Origin: a virus
Lineage: Duplodnaviria > Caudoviricetes
IMG/VR virus record: IMGVR_UViG_3300034990_000013
Span: 1-44,111 of that record
Length of the DNA stretch: 44,111 nucleotides
Reading direction: 5' to 3' (one strand)
Below, piece after piece: positions 1 through 6,527 of the stretch (position 1 is the stretch's first letter; every line of letters starts with the position of its first letter). The translations under genes and the position numbers were made by a program. The notes beneath the pieces are model-generated. The model was not told the origin of the DNA. It searched no databases and saw only the letters and a list, made by a program, of their open reading frames with translations.

Positions 1-27
1 AAATCTTGTAAAATATTTTTACGAATT
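1..27. repeat. 27-bp terminal direct repeat (circular assembly overlap), copy 1
   Basis: aaatcttgtaaaatatttttacgaatt is identical at 1-27 and 44085-44111. Confidence 0.97.
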
Positions 28-64
28 GCGAAAACAACATTTTTATTACGTTTCATGATAAACC

Positions 65-259
65 TCAATTTTCAATGTTTAAAGAGATCATCCAAAATAA
101 AAATCGATCTTTGTTTATAACCCCACTTAAATATTTATTAACAGTATCACAGTTAGGACAAAGTGTAACCATATTAATTTTTTTAACACCAGTAATTTTT
201 ATATTAGAAAATGATAGCCATTTCATACCGCAATTAGGGCATGAACAATCATAAATCAT
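65..259 (-). CDS. small zinc-ribbon protein
   Basis: CPNC...CPNC motifs; start overlaps the thyA stop. Confidence 0.7.
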   Translation of the reverse strand: MIYDCSCPNCGMKWLSFSNIKITGVKKINMVTLCPNCDTVNKYLSGVINKDRFLFWMISLNIEN

Positions 260-1044
260 ACAGATACATCAAATTTAATGAATGGATGATGTTTATAATT
301 ACAAAGCGTTATATCTTCGAATTTCATAACTAAAACAGATTTATTTTTTAGAAAAACTCTTGGTAAAGGATATGGTTTTCTATCCAATTGTTTTTTTAAA
401 CCATCGACATGGTTTAAATATATATGCGCATCGCCAATAGTGTGTATGAATTCACCAGGAAAAAGGTTACACTCCATAGCGAACATTTTCAAGAGCAAAG
501 CATAACTAGCGATATTGAAAGGTACTCCAAGAGCGATATCAGCGCTTCTTTGATACATATGTAGATCTAAATAGTCGTCTCTGACATAAAATTGAAACAT
601 CATATGGCATGGTGGAAGTGACATTTCCTCAATTTCAGCAACGTTCCAAGCACTGACAATAATTCTACGTGAATCTGGGGTATTTTTTATCATATCCAAA
701 GCGTTTTTTATTTGGTCAATATGATAATTTTTATAATGATACCAGTTGCGCCATTGGAAGCCGTATACAGGCCCTAAATACCCTTCTTCATCGGCCCAGG
801 CATCCCAGATAGGTGTATGCTGAGTTAGATTGTCGTGTATATTTGTTGAACCAGATAGCATCCAAAGCAATTCCCTGACAACCGCATCAAATAAAACTTT
901 TTTTGTGGTGACAAGCGGGAAGCCGTCTCGTAGATTATACCGGGATTGTGTCCCAAAAACAGAGATTGTTCCGGTTCCGGTTCTATCGGTTCTTTTTTCA
1001 CCGTTTCTTAAAACGTGTTCAACCAAGCTAAGATACTGTTTCAT
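256..1044 (-). CDS. thyA: thymidylate synthase
   Basis: [26 protein letters not shown] and GDAHIYLNH motifs; start taken at MKQYL. Confidence 0.98.
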   Translation of the reverse strand: MKQYLSLVEHVLRNGEKRTDRTGTGTISVFGTQSRYNLRDGFPLVTTKKVLFDAVVRELLWMLSGSTNIHDNLTQHTPIWDAWADEEGYLGPVYGFQWRNWYHYKNYHIDQIKNALDMIKNTPDSRRIIVSAWNVAEIEEMSLPPCHMMFQFYVRDDYLDLHMYQRSADIALGVPFNIASYALLLKMFAMECNLFPGEFIHTIGDAHIYLNHVDGLKKQLDRKPYPLPRVFLKNKSVLVMKFEDITLCNYKHHPFIKFDVSV

Positions 1045-2023
1045 CTTTTTTCCTTTCATCACAAATTTTTAATAAAATTTCTTTATATTTTTTCCAAAAA
1101 TTTAAAGCCCATATATCCATTGATTCGATTTTATCATCGGAAAAATTTTTCCAATCTTCAAAAGAATGTGATTCGCACCCTATTTCCATATGCTCGTCAA
1201 AAATAAAAACTACCCAAGTTAAACCTGTAATTTTTATTGGTGTTTTATTAATAATAAAATCGTTTCTTTTAGTTTTATAAAAAACAGTTTTATAAAAAAC
1301 AGCTCTGGAAAGGTCAGCTCTGGAAAGGTTAGCTCCGGAAAGGTTAGCTCTGGAAAGGTCAGCTCTGGAAAGGTTAGCTCCGGAAAGGTCAGCTCCGAAA
1401 AGGTCAGCTTCGGAAAGGTCAGCTCTGGAAAGGTTAGCTCTGGAAAGGTCAGCTCTGGAAAGGTTAGCTCCGGAAAGGTTAGCTCTGGAAAGGTCAGCTC
1501 TGGAAAGGTTAGCTCCGGAAAGGTCAGCTCCGGAAAGGTTAGCTCCGGAAAGGTCAGCTCTGGAAAGGTTAGCTCTGGAAAGATTAGCTCCGGAAAGGTC
1601 AGCTCTGGAAAGGTTAGCTCCGAAAAGGTTAGCTCCGGAAAGGTCAGCTCCGGAAAGGTCAGCTCCGAAAAGGTTAGCTTCGGAAAGGTTAGCTCCGGAA
1701 AGGTCAGCTCTGGAAAGGTTAGCTCCGGAAAGGTTAGCTCTGGAAAGGTCAGCTCTGGAAAGGTTAGCTCCGGAAAGGTCAGCTCCGGAAAGGTTAGCTC
1801 CGGAAAGGTCAGCTCCGAAAAGGTTAGCTTCGGAAAGGTTAGCTCCGGAAAGGTCAGCTCCGAAAAGGTTAGCTTCGGAAAGGTTAGCTCCGGAAAGGTC
1901 AGCTCCGAAAAGGTTAGCTCCGAAAAGGTTAGCTTTGGAAAGGTTAACTCTTTTTCCTTTTTTTTCACCTTTTAACCATTTCTTATGTTTTTCTAAAATT
2001 TCATTCAATTGTTCTTTATTCAT
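1028..2023 (-). CDS. pentapeptide-repeat protein with C-terminal IGC...W domain
   Basis: about 43 A(D/N)L(S/F)(G/R/E) repeats; start at MNKEQL after AAAGGTGA. Confidence 0.92.
   Translation of the reverse strand: MNKEQLNEILEKHKKWLKGEKKGKRVNLSKANLFGANLFGADLSGANLSEANLFGADLSGANLSEANLFGADLSGANLSGADLSGANLSRADLSRANLSGANLSRADLSGANLSEANLFGADLSGADLSGANLFGANLSRADLSGANLSRANLSRADLSGANLSGADLSGANLSRADLSRANLSGANLSRADLSRANLSRADLSEADLFGADLSGANLSRADLSRANLSGANLSRADLSRAVFYKTVFYKTKRNDFIINKTPIKITGLTWVVFIFDEHMEIGCESHSFEDWKNFSDDKIESMDIWALNFWKKYKEILLKICDERKKDETVS
1301..1945. repeat. 15-bp tandem repeat encoding the pentapeptide units
   Basis: agct(c/t)(t/c)g(g/a)aaaggt(c/t) repeated about 43 times. Confidence 0.95.
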
Positions 2024-2044
2024 GTTTTCACCTTTTTTTATAGT

Positions 2045-2081
2045 TTTGCGGATATTTCTTAATATAAGAAATATCCGCAAA
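2045..2081. repeat. perfect 17-bp inverted repeat (intergenic hairpin)
   Basis: tttgcggatatttctta-ata-taagaaatatccgcaaa. Confidence 0.85.
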
Positions 2082-2083
2082 TT

Positions 2084-2263
2084 TTATATGTCATTTTTTA
2101 ATTCAATTCTAGCCAATTCTCCCAGTTCTTCGCGGTCTTTTCTGGTCAACTTTCTTAATTCCTGCATTGTTACAGGTTTTTCTTCACTGAAAAAAGTTTT
2201 TATCGCTGTTATGTTTGACATTTCTCCAACAGGTTTGTTTTCGGTTTGAATTTGTTCAGACAT
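2084..2263 (-). CDS. 59-aa hypothetical protein (not in ORF track)
   Basis: MSEQIQTENKPVGEMSNITAIKTFFSEEKPVTMQELRKLTRKDREELGELARIELKNDI; AAAGGA RBS. Confidence 0.75.
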   Translation of the reverse strand: MSEQIQTENKPVGEMSNITAIKTFFSEEKPVTMQELRKLTRKDREELGELARIELKNDI

Positions 2264-2265
2264 TT

Positions 2266-2346
2266 TTATTTTCCTTTCCCTAGACTTCGGACTATGGTCC
2301 CGTCTAGGAATTGTTGTTTAGTTAAGAAAAATGATATGTTTCTCAT
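2266..2346 (-). pseudogene. 26-codon ORF resembling the N-terminus of phage ASCH-like proteins
   Basis: MRNISFFLTKQQFLDGTIVRSLGKGK with a GAGG RBS; similarity recalled, not searched. Confidence 0.4.
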
Positions 2347-2496
2347 TCACTTCCTCTTTTTATCTTGGGTGAGGCTATGAAGCCATCTGATTTTCACACC
2401 CACAAATGGGATCATAATATACAACCATTTGCCTTTTTTGTCCCAATAAGCTCCAACCCAACAATCATACCAAGCTAAAACTAGTTTAATTTTCAT
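2347..2496 (-). CDS. 49-aa Trp-rich hypothetical protein (not in ORF track)
   Basis: MKIKLVLAWYDCWVGAYWDKKGKWLYIMIPFVGVKIRW...; fills the gap between neighbouring genes. Confidence 0.7.
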   Translation of the reverse strand: MKIKLVLAWYDCWVGAYWDKKGKWLYIMIPFVGVKIRWLHSLTQDKKRK

Positions 2497-2501
2497 TCAT
2501 T

Positions 2502-2723
2502 TCAACCTACCTTTTTGACTGTTATGTTTACATGAGAATCAGTAAAAGAAATCCAATCATGTATTAATCTGGTTTTGATTTCTACACGATTATTAAATTT
2601 CTTTTCTTTTAATCGGGCCCATTCTTCCCACTGCTCTACTGTACGCAAAGCTTTTTCATCAATATCATTTTTAAGATATTGATTTTTGAATTGGGCCGGA
2701 TAAATTTTATAATCGATTCCCAT
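2502..2723 (-). CDS. hypothetical early protein
   Basis: ORF with AAGGAG RBS directly after a promoter. Confidence 0.8.
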   Translation of the reverse strand: MGIDYKIYPAQFKNQYLKNDIDEKALRTVEQWEEWARLKEKKFNNRVEIKTRLIHDWISFTDSHVNITVKKVG

Positions 2724-2739
2724 GTTTCTCCTTACTTTA

Positions 2740-2769
2740 ATTATACCACCAATTATATATAAAAATCAA
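2740..2769 (-). promoter_or_regulatory. sigma70-type early promoter
   Basis: TTGATT-N18-TATAAT with extended -10 (TGG-TATAAT). Confidence 0.8.
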
Positions 2770-2787
2770 CAGGAAAATGATTTATTT

Positions 2788-3060
2788 TTACCGGATTGCG
2801 TTTTTTATTTGTTTGACTTTGGAAGCTAATAAACGCTTCTGTCTGTCTTTTTTTATATTGGCTTTCTTTTGCCTTATCTTGACAGCTAAATCGGTTAGAG
2901 AAGGCCTATGATTAGCTCTGACAGCTATTTTTTTGTCATTCATTTTCCGGATTAATTCCCGAACTTTAGGTTGATAATGGTTTGTTATAATTGCCAGTTC
3001 ATAATCCATTTTGGAAAGGATATTGGCTTTTTGTTTTTTCAATTCTGTTAAACTGGACAT
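2788..3060 (-). CDS. basic helical hypothetical protein
   Basis: start at MSSLTELKK after AAGGAG. Confidence 0.75.
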   Translation of the reverse strand: MSSLTELKKQKANILSKMDYELAIITNHYQPKVRELIRKMNDKKIAVRANHRPSLTDLAVKIRQKKANIKKDRQKRLLASKVKQIKNAIR

Positions 3061-3114
3061 TTTTCTTTTCTCCTTTTCTTTAGTCAATCTTGTGGTTTCA
3101 GTGATTGTTAATTT

Positions 3115-3363
3115 TTATTCATAACCGTTGTTCTCTTTAATCCAGACTTTACGAATCATACCAGTGAAATGAATGGCGCAATCCCGGATTTCTAAAATTT
3201 CGTCCGCTATTAAAACATAGCCGTGTTTGATGGCTTTTCTCAGCTGCAAATCACAATACCGGGCAAAGCAGCTAGGGGAATGTAAAAAATCTTCACCTGG
3301 TTTTTTAGGATTAATAGATTTGATGTATTTAACTTCATCTATTAAGTCTTGTATTATAGTCAT
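3115..3363 (-). CDS. hypothetical early protein
   Basis: ORF with AAAGGA RBS, co-oriented with neighbours. Confidence 0.75.
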   Translation of the reverse strand: MTIIQDLIDEVKYIKSINPKKPGEDFLHSPSCFARYCDLQLRKAIKHGYVLIADEILEIRDCAIHFTGMIRKVWIKENNGYE

Positions 3364-3381
3364 TTCAATTTTCCTTTCTTT

Positions 3382-3729
3382 TTATGGTTCTACAGCGACT
3401 AATAATTTTTGTGTTTTATCGCCTTTTAAATTTTTATAAGCGTCAAATTTAATATTATGCACGATAGTTTTAATGATGTTTATTATATCTCTACAATTAC
3501 ACCAAACAATATAAGATTCAGGATGGTAAGCTGTCACCAATCTACCAGTTAGTTTGTAAGAAGGATTGTTTCTGTAATAAGTAGGCTCTATACATAACAG
3601 ATCTTCTCTCATATCTCCGTAATAACAAAGCCCAACAGACTGTAATTTACCGTAGAAACGATAATTAACTCTCTCAAAACCTATTGATTGGAGCCATTTA
3701 CCGGTTTTTGTATTGAGTAGATTTTTCAT
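3382..3729 (-). CDS. hypothetical early protein
   Basis: ORF with AAGGAG RBS and CA-rich leader. Confidence 0.8.
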   Translation of the reverse strand: MKNLLNTKTGKWLQSIGFERVNYRFYGKLQSVGLCYYGDMREDLLCIEPTYYRNNPSYKLTGRLVTAYHPESYIVWCNCRDIINIIKTIVHNIKFDAYKNLKGDKTQKLLVAVEP

Positions 3730-3755
3730 GATTTTTCTCCTTTAGTTGTTTGTGG

Positions 3756-3971
3756 TTATTTTTTACCAAAAGAAATTCTAACATAGATTTTTCCACCTGT
3801 AATATAAAGAGCGGGAATAAAAACAAAAGCTTCGAAGCCATATCCTATTTTTTTAGCTTTTTTGTTTGCCCATCTTTGCCATTGGGTTTTTGTCTTTTTT
3901 AAAATTGAGTGATTGGTGCCGCGAACAAAATCCAATCCTGACTTCGCTGATATTTTATTTTTTGTTGTCAT
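3756..3971 (-). CDS. hypothetical early protein
   Basis: ORF flanked by the 20-bp direct repeat tagttgtttgtggttatttt (3743-3762, 3991-4010). Confidence 0.75.
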   Translation of the reverse strand: MTTKNKISAKSGLDFVRGTNHSILKKTKTQWQRWANKKAKKIGYGFEAFVFIPALYITGGKIYVRISFGKK

Positions 3972-3989
3972 AATTTTGTTTCTTTTTTG

Positions 3990-4187
3990 TTAGTTGTTTG
4001 TGGTTATTTTAAAAGCGACTGCATTCCTTAGTACGGTCGAATCCATGAAAGCGATATTTGTTATAGTGTAGGCGCCGGCAGTGTGGATTATCCCTTTATA
4101 CCTCTGAAGCCAGGCGAAAGCTTTTTCGGTTTCTTTTTTATCAAGACCGGTTTTACGAATTTTATTAATGATTGTGCGTTTCTGCAT
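3990..4187 (-). CDS. hypothetical early protein
   Basis: ORF with GTAGG RBS. Confidence 0.7.
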   Translation of the reverse strand: MQKRTIINKIRKTGLDKKETEKAFAWLQRYKGIIHTAGAYTITNIAFMDSTVLRNAVAFKITTNN

Positions 4188-4419
4188 TTTGACCTACTTT
4201 TTTAACGTTTATAATATTGGAATCCACAACCGCAATCCATCCATCTTTTTGCATACCTTCCCAAGACTGACATCTTAATTCGGTTGATAAAGCATGTAAA
4301 GCCCATTTGTAAGTACGAGCCGTTTTTGTGTAAACACAATTTTCGATGAAAATAATAAAAATCTGAAACTGAAAGCTTCCAGTTTGATTTGTGGATTTTT
4401 CTGTTGTGCAAATCATCAC
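4165..4419 (-). CDS. hypothetical early protein
   Basis: ORF immediately downstream of the promoter at 4433-4461; start uncertain. Confidence 0.55.
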   Translation of the reverse strand: MMICTTEKSTNQTGSFQFQIFIIFIENCVYTKTARTYKWALHALSTELRCQSWEGMQKDGWIAVVDSNIINVKKVGQNAETHNH

Positions 4420-4432
4420 CTAACCTATTATA

Positions 4433-4461
4433 ATTATACCACAAACAAATAACAAATTCAA
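4433..4461 (-). promoter_or_regulatory. sigma70-type early promoter
   Basis: TTGAAT-N17-TATAAT, extended -10, T-tract upstream. Confidence 0.85.
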
Positions 4462-4477
4462 GAAAAAAAATATTTTT

Positions 4478-4513
4478 AAAAAAAAAAGAGCCGGCTTCTT
4501 AGGGCCGGCTCTT
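4478..4513 (-). terminator. intrinsic terminator
   Basis: GAGCCGGC-cctaagaa-GCCGGCTC followed by a long U-tract on the minus strand. Confidence 0.9.
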
Positions 4514-4538
4514 GTGGCATTTTTGTCTTCCCGTTTGG

Positions 4539-4739
4539 TTAATTACTAAGTTCTACGGTTTCGTGAAATGGTTTGAATGCGTCCATATCCCACTCATCGG
4601 AATAATGACCAAGGCTTGTTCCCCCTCCTACAACCGTACCCTTATTATGTTCAGTGAACAACACGATTAAATTATCCAATATCATCAGACACGGAAATTC
4701 CAGTTGTTTATCTTCTTTTTTGACGATTCTTGATTTCAT
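4539..4739 (-). CDS. hypothetical early protein (single-gene cassette)
   Basis: own promoter, GAGG RBS and terminator. Confidence 0.85.
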   Translation of the reverse strand: MKSRIVKKEDKQLEFPCLMILDNLIVLFTEHNKGTVVGGGTSLGHYSDEWDMDAFKPFHETVELSN

Positions 4740-4769
4740 TGGTTCCTCTTGGTTGTTGTCTTTATTAAT

Positions 4770-4799
4770 ATTATATCACAAACAAATATATGATTTCAA
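4770..4799 (-). promoter_or_regulatory. sigma70-type early promoter
   Basis: TTGAAA-N18-TATAAT, extended -10 TGA. Confidence 0.85.
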
Positions 4800-4811
4800 G
4801 AAAAAAAATAG

Positions 4812-4841
4812 CCGGCTTCTATGGGGCTGGGCTTGGGGACT
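4812..4841 (-). ncRNA. truncated copy of the 5' half of the twister-sister-like RNA
   Basis: 25 of 30 nt identical to 5843-5872; the 3' half is replaced by CT plus a U-tract. Confidence 0.6.
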
Positions 4842-4844
4842 TTT

Positions 4845-5078
4845 TTACCAAGTAACCATATAACATTTTTCCCACCATTCAATATCAGGTTTACCTGTAC
4901 CTATACCGCCGACACGTCTTAACTGCCCACCAAGAGAAGAACAAATAGGCTTATATCCTTGTTTTTTTAACTCTTTCACAAACTCTCTACGGGCTTTTAA
5001 AGCATCGACTTTTTCAGTCTTATACCAGCCATCAGGGGTCCAGGAAAATTTAATATCTGAAAAAGTTTTTTGTGCCAT
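4845..5078 (-). CDS. hypothetical early protein (single-gene cassette)
   Basis: own promoter, ACAACAAAC leader and AGGAG RBS. Confidence 0.85.
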   Translation of the reverse strand: MAQKTFSDIKFSWTPDGWYKTEKVDALKARREFVKELKKQGYKPICSSLGGQLRRVGGIGTGKPDIEWWEKCYMVTW

Positions 5079-5108
5079 CTCATTCTCCTAGTTTGTTGTC
5101 TTTATTTA

Positions 5109-5138
5109 ATTATACCACCGATAAGTATACGATTTCAA
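5109..5138 (-). promoter_or_regulatory. sigma70-type early promoter
   Basis: TTGAAA-N18-TATAAT, extended -10 TGG. Confidence 0.85.
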
Positions 5139-5150
5139 GGGAAAAAATAA

Positions 5151-5411
5151 TTATTTTTGTATTTTATCTACGGCAGTAAAAATTTTAGGTGATAAAGAAA
5201 GTTTATTGTTTAAATTCTCAGATTTCATACTGATTAAAATATTTTTAATTTTCAATTGTTCACCCTTAGTTAAATATATTCCTAAAAGTAGTTTGTCAGA
5301 GTTTTCAACGATTTTTAAACAAACATAACCGATAAAATTAATATCACAAGATTTCATAATACTGCTTATTTCTGATATTGCATTATTAAGATTTGTGTTA
5401 AGTTTTTTCAT
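5151..5411 (-). CDS. hypothetical early protein
   Basis: GAGGG RBS after an ACAACAAAC leader. Confidence 0.75.
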   Translation of the reverse strand: MKKLNTNLNNAISEISSIMKSCDINFIGYVCLKIVENSDKLLLGIYLTKGEQLKIKNILISMKSENLNNKLSLSPKIFTAVDKIQK

Positions 5412-5429
5412 TTCACCCTCTGGTTTGTT

Positions 5430-5480
5430 GTCCGACCCCGCCCTAAGGCGGACGCACAGGGCTTAACGGACCCCTGTTTT
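5430..5480 (-). ncRNA. pistol ribozyme-like core lacking P1
   Basis: AAAACAGGG-GUCCG-UUAAG-CCCUGU-GCG-UCCGCC(UUAG)GGCGGG-GU-CGGAC reproduces the pistol order P2/UUAAG/pseudoknot strand/GCG/P3/G|U/P2. Confidence 0.6.
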
Positions 5481-5531
5481 GTTTTTACGGTTAGCTCTTT
5501 TCTTGCTGGTTTTACTGCCTTTAGTCTCTTT

Positions 5532-5594
5532 TTAGCAGTTGCACGGATTAAGCCTTTTACAACCACAATTTAAGCATTCATAATAAGTTTTCAT
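5532..5594 (-). CDS. 20-aa Cys-rich micropeptide (candidate)
   Basis: MKTYYECLNCGCKRLNPCNC with GGAAGG upstream. Confidence 0.4.
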   Translation of the reverse strand: MKTYYECLNCGCKRLNPCNC

Positions 5595-5790
5595 TCATTT
5601 CCTTCCAATCTATATCTTCCCCAGTCAAAACATTTGATAGAAAAATTGTTTCTCCACCGAGGCGATTATCATTAAACTCCCGAGCAAGCTTCTTAGCCTT
5701 TTCCAGTCCTTGAACGTCATGGATTGTCACGCCACCGAATTCATATGATACGACAATATGATACAGATTTTTGAATTCTTCAAAGGTCAT
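5578..5790 (-). CDS. hypothetical early protein
   Basis: start at MTFEEF after AGGAGG; the longer ORF call runs into structured RNA. Confidence 0.8.
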   Translation of the reverse strand: MTFEEFKNLYHIVVSYEFGGVTIHDVQGLEKAKKLAREFNDNRLGGETIFLSNVLTGEDIDWKEMNENLL

Positions 5791-5810
5791 TTCTTCCTCC
5801 TGTGTTGGTT

Positions 5811-5871
5811 GTCCTGTAAGCGCCGCAGATGGTGGTCTGGCCCCGGCTTTCACGGGGCAGGGCCTGGGGAC
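5811..5871 (-). ncRNA. twister-sister ribozyme-like RNA (three-way junction type)
   Basis: GUCC-CCA-GGCCC-UGCCCC-GUGAAAGC-CGGGGC-CAGA(CCACCA)UCUG-CGGCGCU-UACA-GGAC; GC-rich island in AT-rich intergenic DNA; all stems pair. Confidence 0.75.
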
Positions 5872-6182
5872 TATTTATAAAGCTTTCTCAGTGCTGTGAT
5901 GTTCGATTTTTTTTCGCCGCGATGCACTGAAAAAGATTTGTACACGTTCCGGCATGATTCGCGGTAATGAAAATGGACTTCTAAATCACCTTTTTTTCCG
6001 ACAACTGAATCACCCTCCCGAGTGACTTCAAATTCGAGCGAAGTAAGAAAATCATCAACCTCATTTTGTCGACGATTTTCATTCCAACGGCGGCCGCTGG
6101 CATTACTTTGAGGGCTCCAAAAATAAGTGTTCGCTGTTAAAATTTCGGGTTCTGTGATTTGATTTGTTGTCTGTGTTGTCAT
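5871..6182 (-). CDS. hypothetical early protein
   Basis: start at MTTQTT after AGGAGG and a (CAA)n leader. Confidence 0.85.
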   Translation of the reverse strand: MTTQTTNQITEPEILTANTYFWSPQSNASGRRWNENRRQNEVDDFLTSLEFEVTREGDSVVGKKGDLEVHFHYRESCRNVYKSFSVHRGEKKSNITALRKLYK

Positions 6183-6222
6183 TTTCGTCCTCCTGTGTTG
6201 GTTGTTGTTGTTGTTGTCTTTA

Positions 6223-6429
6223 TTAAGCATTTATAAGAGCTTCACTCAGCATGCTAAGTAGCTCAGAAGTGTTTATTTTTTTACCCTGGAAATAAGCTTG
6301 TACGTCCCTTCCAAAGTGGCGGGTGAGTTCGGTTGCTCGGGGCAAGCTAACTCTAGTGTTATTTAACTTGGTGTACTTTGTGCTCTTGATGGTGATTCGG
6401 ATTTTTTCTTTTGTGATTGTCTGTATCAT
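6223..6429 (-). CDS. hypothetical early protein, first gene of the leftward unit
   Basis: GGGAGG RBS and ACAACAAAC leader. Confidence 0.8.
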   Translation of the reverse strand: MIQTITKEKIRITIKSTKYTKLNNTRVSLPRATELTRHFGRDVQAYFQGKKINTSELLSMLSEALINA

Positions 6430-6465
6430 TTCTTCCTCCCGGTTTGTTGTTAACTCTATATCTAT

Positions 6466-6495
6466 ATTATATCACCAATAGATATACAATTTCAA
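6466..6495 (-). promoter_or_regulatory. sigma70-type early promoter
   Basis: TTGAAA-N18-TATAAT, extended -10 TGA. Confidence 0.85.
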
Positions 6496-6527
6496 GAAAA
6501 AAGATAATTATTTTTAAAAAATTATAA

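Noticed and set aside
1301-1945. Possible CRISPR array
   Set aside because: Contiguous 15-bp coding repeats with no unique spacers.
1234-1968. 244-aa (ELTFP)n ORF
   Set aside because: Shadow frame of the 15-bp repeat; the A(D/N)LS frame has the RBS and sensible flanking domains.
2275-2312. Hammerhead ribozyme (GGAC..GUCC-GAA resembles stem II)
   Set aside because: Lacks CUGANGA, GAAA and stem III; kept only as a hairpin.
5791-5853. N-terminal extension of ORF 5578-5853
   Set aside because: It overlaps the structured RNA; the strong AGGAGG RBS points to the ATG at 5790.
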